From Catajapyx aquilonaris (taxonomy: Eukaryota), in NCBI GenBank assembly GCA_000934665.2, contig KZ538033.1, positions 124,001-151,729 of the forward strand: a stretch of 27,729 nucleotides of DNA, given 5' to 3'. Of this stretch, positions 23,618 through 27,729 are shown in pieces. The notes beneath the pieces are model-generated. The model was given only the letters and a program-made list of their open reading frames with translations, was not told the origin of the DNA and did not search any database. Position numbers and translations under genes: made by a program. The stretch's first letter is position 1. Every line of letters begins with the position of its first letter.

Positions 23618-26600
23618 AAAAAACGCAACCTGAGGTTTATGGACTGTAAATCAGCGGCTCTAACATTACGTGGCCGTTTTACAATGACTTGAATGCATGC
23701 TCATGCAGTGGTCCAACCAGAAAAACCGCGCCCATTGCCAGTTCAGGAATACCCTATGTAAACTGGAGCAAAAATCCAATATGGAGTGCATCTGAGAGGC
23801 TTCCATTCGCATGGAGGGAGGGGTCAATATTATGCAAAATCAGTTAGCACATGTGCCTGTTCGTGAGTGGGTAATGATTTTTGCACAACAGGGTCATACC
23901 AGGTCCTAAACTATTTGTTGCATGGCACCAGAAACGCAACAAGTTCGACAGGACCCTCAAAACAGAACCGGTTCCGGAATAGGCCCACTATTTGGAACTA
24001 ACTACTGAACACTCGTGTGACAAATTGCATTAAACATTCATTCGGTGCTTGCTTCAGCCTCCAAAAAAATTATTCCTCCCCAAGTATGCCAACACTTTTT
24101 AAAAAAAATTCAGTACAAGCCATATACCCGCGGTAGGATGAATCTGTTTATCCGACAGTTACACAGCTCAGTGTAGCACTTGACATGACCTACTGCCAGT
24201 CAACAATAATCCTTCCTTTCATGATGGGCCGTGCATTGTCAGAAACTGCTCACAAATTGACTCAGATCCCATTTGGTTCCCCCCTCCCCTTCATGCCTCT
24301 CTATGAACGCAATGCGGATCAGTGCTCGATTTATCAACGGCTATTCCTGTGTAATCCGCGATCAACCGAATGTTGCAGGTGCATTGCCCCGTACCCGCGG
24401 ACTCATGCGTAAAACAATTACGCGGTAAGCATCGCCTATAACGTAACAAGGGATCAATGCGAATCAGTATCTTGTGCAGAATAATTAACTAGCAAAGGGC
24501 TTTTCAGTAAAAAAGAGTGGTGGTGCATAATCTGTTGCAACCTGTCATGTCGGTCTGCCAGTTCACCCTTGCAAAACCGCTGCAATTGGCATTTAGAAAT
24601 AAAATTCTAAAACGCGCCCTGGAGTCACGTACCTACAGGAACAGCCTCATTTCCCCGATCGACGGATACACGCTCATTAATGGTAATCTCTACTGCCAAG
24701 GGACGGGGAGAGCTATTTTTTTACAGCAAAACCCCGCCATGCTTGAAAATTAACGATCCGTTGCAAACAATGCGCCGGTTAACGCAAAAAATGGGTCGTG
24801 TTAGGGAAGGTCCAGATATGTCTCCTGCATCGGCCATGCAAAAAAAAAAATATCTGGGGGGAAAAAAATATCCTTGCCTTTTCCAGTTCAGAGCCTGATT
24901 TTGACATGGGGAAGGGTCTGACCTCAGAAAATCTGCATTCTCGACGTGTGATCCGCGGAAATAGACGTAGCGATAGCCACTCGAAGGAACGTTTCGGGTT
25001 CCAACTGCCCGCGAGCAGATTGGATTCTGCGCTCGGAATCGCCAAAAAGGACCGGTTACAAATCGCCTCTTCTCCTTCCTTCGCTTCTCCACTTTGTTAC
25101 ATATACGTGAATCTAGGATGCTGCGAGATGATGGTGATTTCAAAGTAGTTCCGTATCAATCCCTTTACTGAACATGCCATGAATGTAAGACTATTTGATA
25201 TGATATCAACGGTGTAAATCGGTGCAAATTGTAATGTATTTTTTTTAATAATCTTGCTTCGGCGCATTACTCATACCGCACCCGGTATACTGTCGGTACT
25301 ATAGTCGATATGTAATGAAAACGAGCCTCTAGAGCTTACGCCTCCCTATTCGATGCAAAGATCTCAGGGCCCTTGTTATGCAGCACTTGCAGAATCTCCG
25401 CCCCATTATCCCGTAAAATCCCCCGTAGGAACCTTGCTCAGATTTTATATAGCCTCCGCCTTATGTATATAGTTTCATGGCGATGAAGTTCGTTAATCCC
25501 GCTGAAAACAAAAGGTCCATTACGTTTCAAAGGGAGGATATCCCCCTTCGAAAATTTTCTATTCATCAAGCTCCCTCAATGAGAGAAGCGGACACAACTT
25601 TTCCTCGCCAGTTGGTGCTGATAAGTAAATAACACCCCCTGCCAAGTCAGCATCGCCCGGTTTATTTCAGGGCAGACAATAAAACCAAGTTAAAACCTGT
25701 ATTAAAGGATAAGATCTGGATTGCAGCAATGTCCACACACATTCCAGGCCCCCCCTCAAATTGGAGGGGTGCGCGGGAGGTATATAAAATGCTGCGAAAA
25801 GGTCTCGGCAGTTCCCACGCGACATGCATTTTAACTTGGCAGTGAATCAAGCTCGGAAAATATGAACCCGCAACCGCTCCAGTTTTCAAAAAACCGCACT
25901 GCACTGAACATTCGGAGCCATACTCTAATTTTCCATTAAGGCAGCTAGTGCTATGGTTAGGCTGGCGGAATTAAACAGAGCCTGCAAAAAAAATGGCACC
26001 CAGAAAAATCATATTAATCGGTTATTGTTTGGTGCAAGCTTCCATGGCATCCATGCTATATAAAAAAGGGAAGATCAGATTGTCAAATGGGACATGTTGA
26101 GCCGTAATTCATTTCTAAGCTTGCCAGTTCGTAATACAGGCCGTGATCTGCATGCGGAAAACTTTGCCCGGAGAATTCAGGTCGCCAAAGAGCAGAATAC
26201 TGAACAGTGGATTTTTCGTTGGGATAGCGAAGGGACCGTAGGGCGCAAAAAAAAAGTGTCCAATTTTTTATCTCTTCCACGCCACTTGATTGCCATTTCT
26301 CACATCCTGGCCCTCATGCAACCCACACGACGAGCCATGCATTTGGGTTGCCTAAACAGCAGGATAAGCAGTTTCCAAGCCGTTTCTGCTAATGTCCCGC
26401 TTCCAAAACTGTCCCATCTTCAAGGAGTCACGTATTTCCAAAACTAGCTGCGCAATTTATATGCGCACTGTGTAACGTCCTTTTTATATATATAAAAAAT
26501 CAGGTCACATCCAGCACCTTTTCCCCATTTTGAGCAAATGTGACATTCAGGTAAGACCCGGTCCTGAACACGTCGTTGGATGTAACCGTCCCTTTCCCCA

Positions 26601-27729
26601 AGCCAAAAGAGTAGGTCTCACATGGCACTTTGAACCGACGATGCAGGCGGGAAAATGGGGCTCCTGTGGGGTTAAATGAGATGCCAAACAAGATGGGGGT
26701 TGCGGGGGGATGATAGCGGACGTAATTAGGCTGAATCCCTGGGAAAAAGAGGGTAGGATGGGGAAGCTGGGGTGGGGGTAAAAATGACCCCACTCCCGTC
26801 TGGCCCATGCAACCGCAAACGGTCGCAGTTTTCCAAATGGAAAACTTGGGATCCCCCTGACTCTCTCTAAAAAGGCCCCGCACCAACAGGGTTAACCCAT
26901 CGACATTAGCTCACGATTATTCAACCGAAGACATAAAAATTTGATTCAAAAAATCTGCACAACCCATCAGTGAAGACTTCTGCTTCTTCGTCTTTCTTTT
27001 CGAGTGTTGTGTCGATCGAATCCTAATGCCTACATCTCCCGACTTCTACCATAAAACCCGCAGTGGCCACGCTGCCGCTGCGGTCCACTTCCTTTTCTTT
27101 TTCTCTCAAACCCTCGGTGGACGTATCTTGCTTTACGACTGCGCCTTCATTTCCTTCCACGTCTCTTCAAATAATGGGGCCATAACTGCCTCTTGCCTCC
27201 TTTTCTTTCTCTGGAGGGGATGAGTCTGGGAGGGGAGGGGGGTACTGGTCACCCTCGCTGCATCATTTGGATACACTTCCTTTTTCCAACATGACAAGTA
27301 CCCCATTTCTTCCCTTGCATGTGCATTGCAGTTTTGGGAATATGGCTGGGTGATGCGCTGCCTGAAGGACATAAAGGGCTTTCAGTGTTTTCTATTCGCG
27401 AGTGTGTTTTTTTTTTCGTCTTCTGTTGTAGTGCAGTGATGAAAGAGCGCACTCCGAGTTATGCGTTCAGTCGTTATGGGTATACAGGGTGGTGTACTGG
27501 CCAAGAGTCGAGAGAGTGTGTTCACTCCAGAAACGAGCTTAAAGAGAAGCAACTGGCGAGAACACTGTGGGTAACCTCTTACTAAATATTTATTTATTTA
27601 TTTAATTCGCACAGTAATAAAACCGTATAAGGTCATAATGAGACCTGGTGGTTGGCAGGTCCAGGTTAACCAACTGGGTGCAAATTGATCAATTCGATTG
27701 GGTATCAATATGGAGCAATTCTGTTTGGT

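Larger units (their letters stand above)
3410..27729 (-). other. Probable long intron upstream of the furin-like exon
   Basis: Ends at the acceptor at 3410. No prodomain exon (IGSL...KRS...-like) was recognised in the ORF track or by motif scanning; a small exon could have been missed. Confidence 0.5.

Noticed and set aside
4262..27729. Remaining 60-148 aa ORFs in the track
   Set aside because: Overlapping on both strands, many with non-ATG starts, compositions driven by homopolymer runs and no recognisable domains; consistent with random ORFs in non-coding DNA.

Overview
Eukaryotic genomic DNA, most likely from an insect or other arthropod, and almost entirely non-coding. The only coding sequence I can support is one 219-bp internal exon on the minus strand (3191-3409, phase 0 at both ends, canonical AG/GT). 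It belongs to a furin-like subtilisin/kexin proprotein convertase, most similar to insect Furin 2, and encodes the prodomain end, the RVKR autocatalytic site, an acidic then Pro/Arg-rich spacer, and FPDPLYKEQWYL. I could not find the neighbouring exons by eye, so the rest of the window appears to be intron of this gene (more than 3 kb downstream, possibly more than 24 kb upstream). The introns carry Tc1/mariner-like TA-CAGGGTG termini and small MITE-like relics, a few hairpins, a 15-bp-period repeat, G-quadruplex-type motifs, microsatellites and three N-containing G/C homopolymers. The other ORFs in the track look spurious. I found no evidence of a novel multi-gene system, CRISPR array, tRNA/rRNA or intact transposon.
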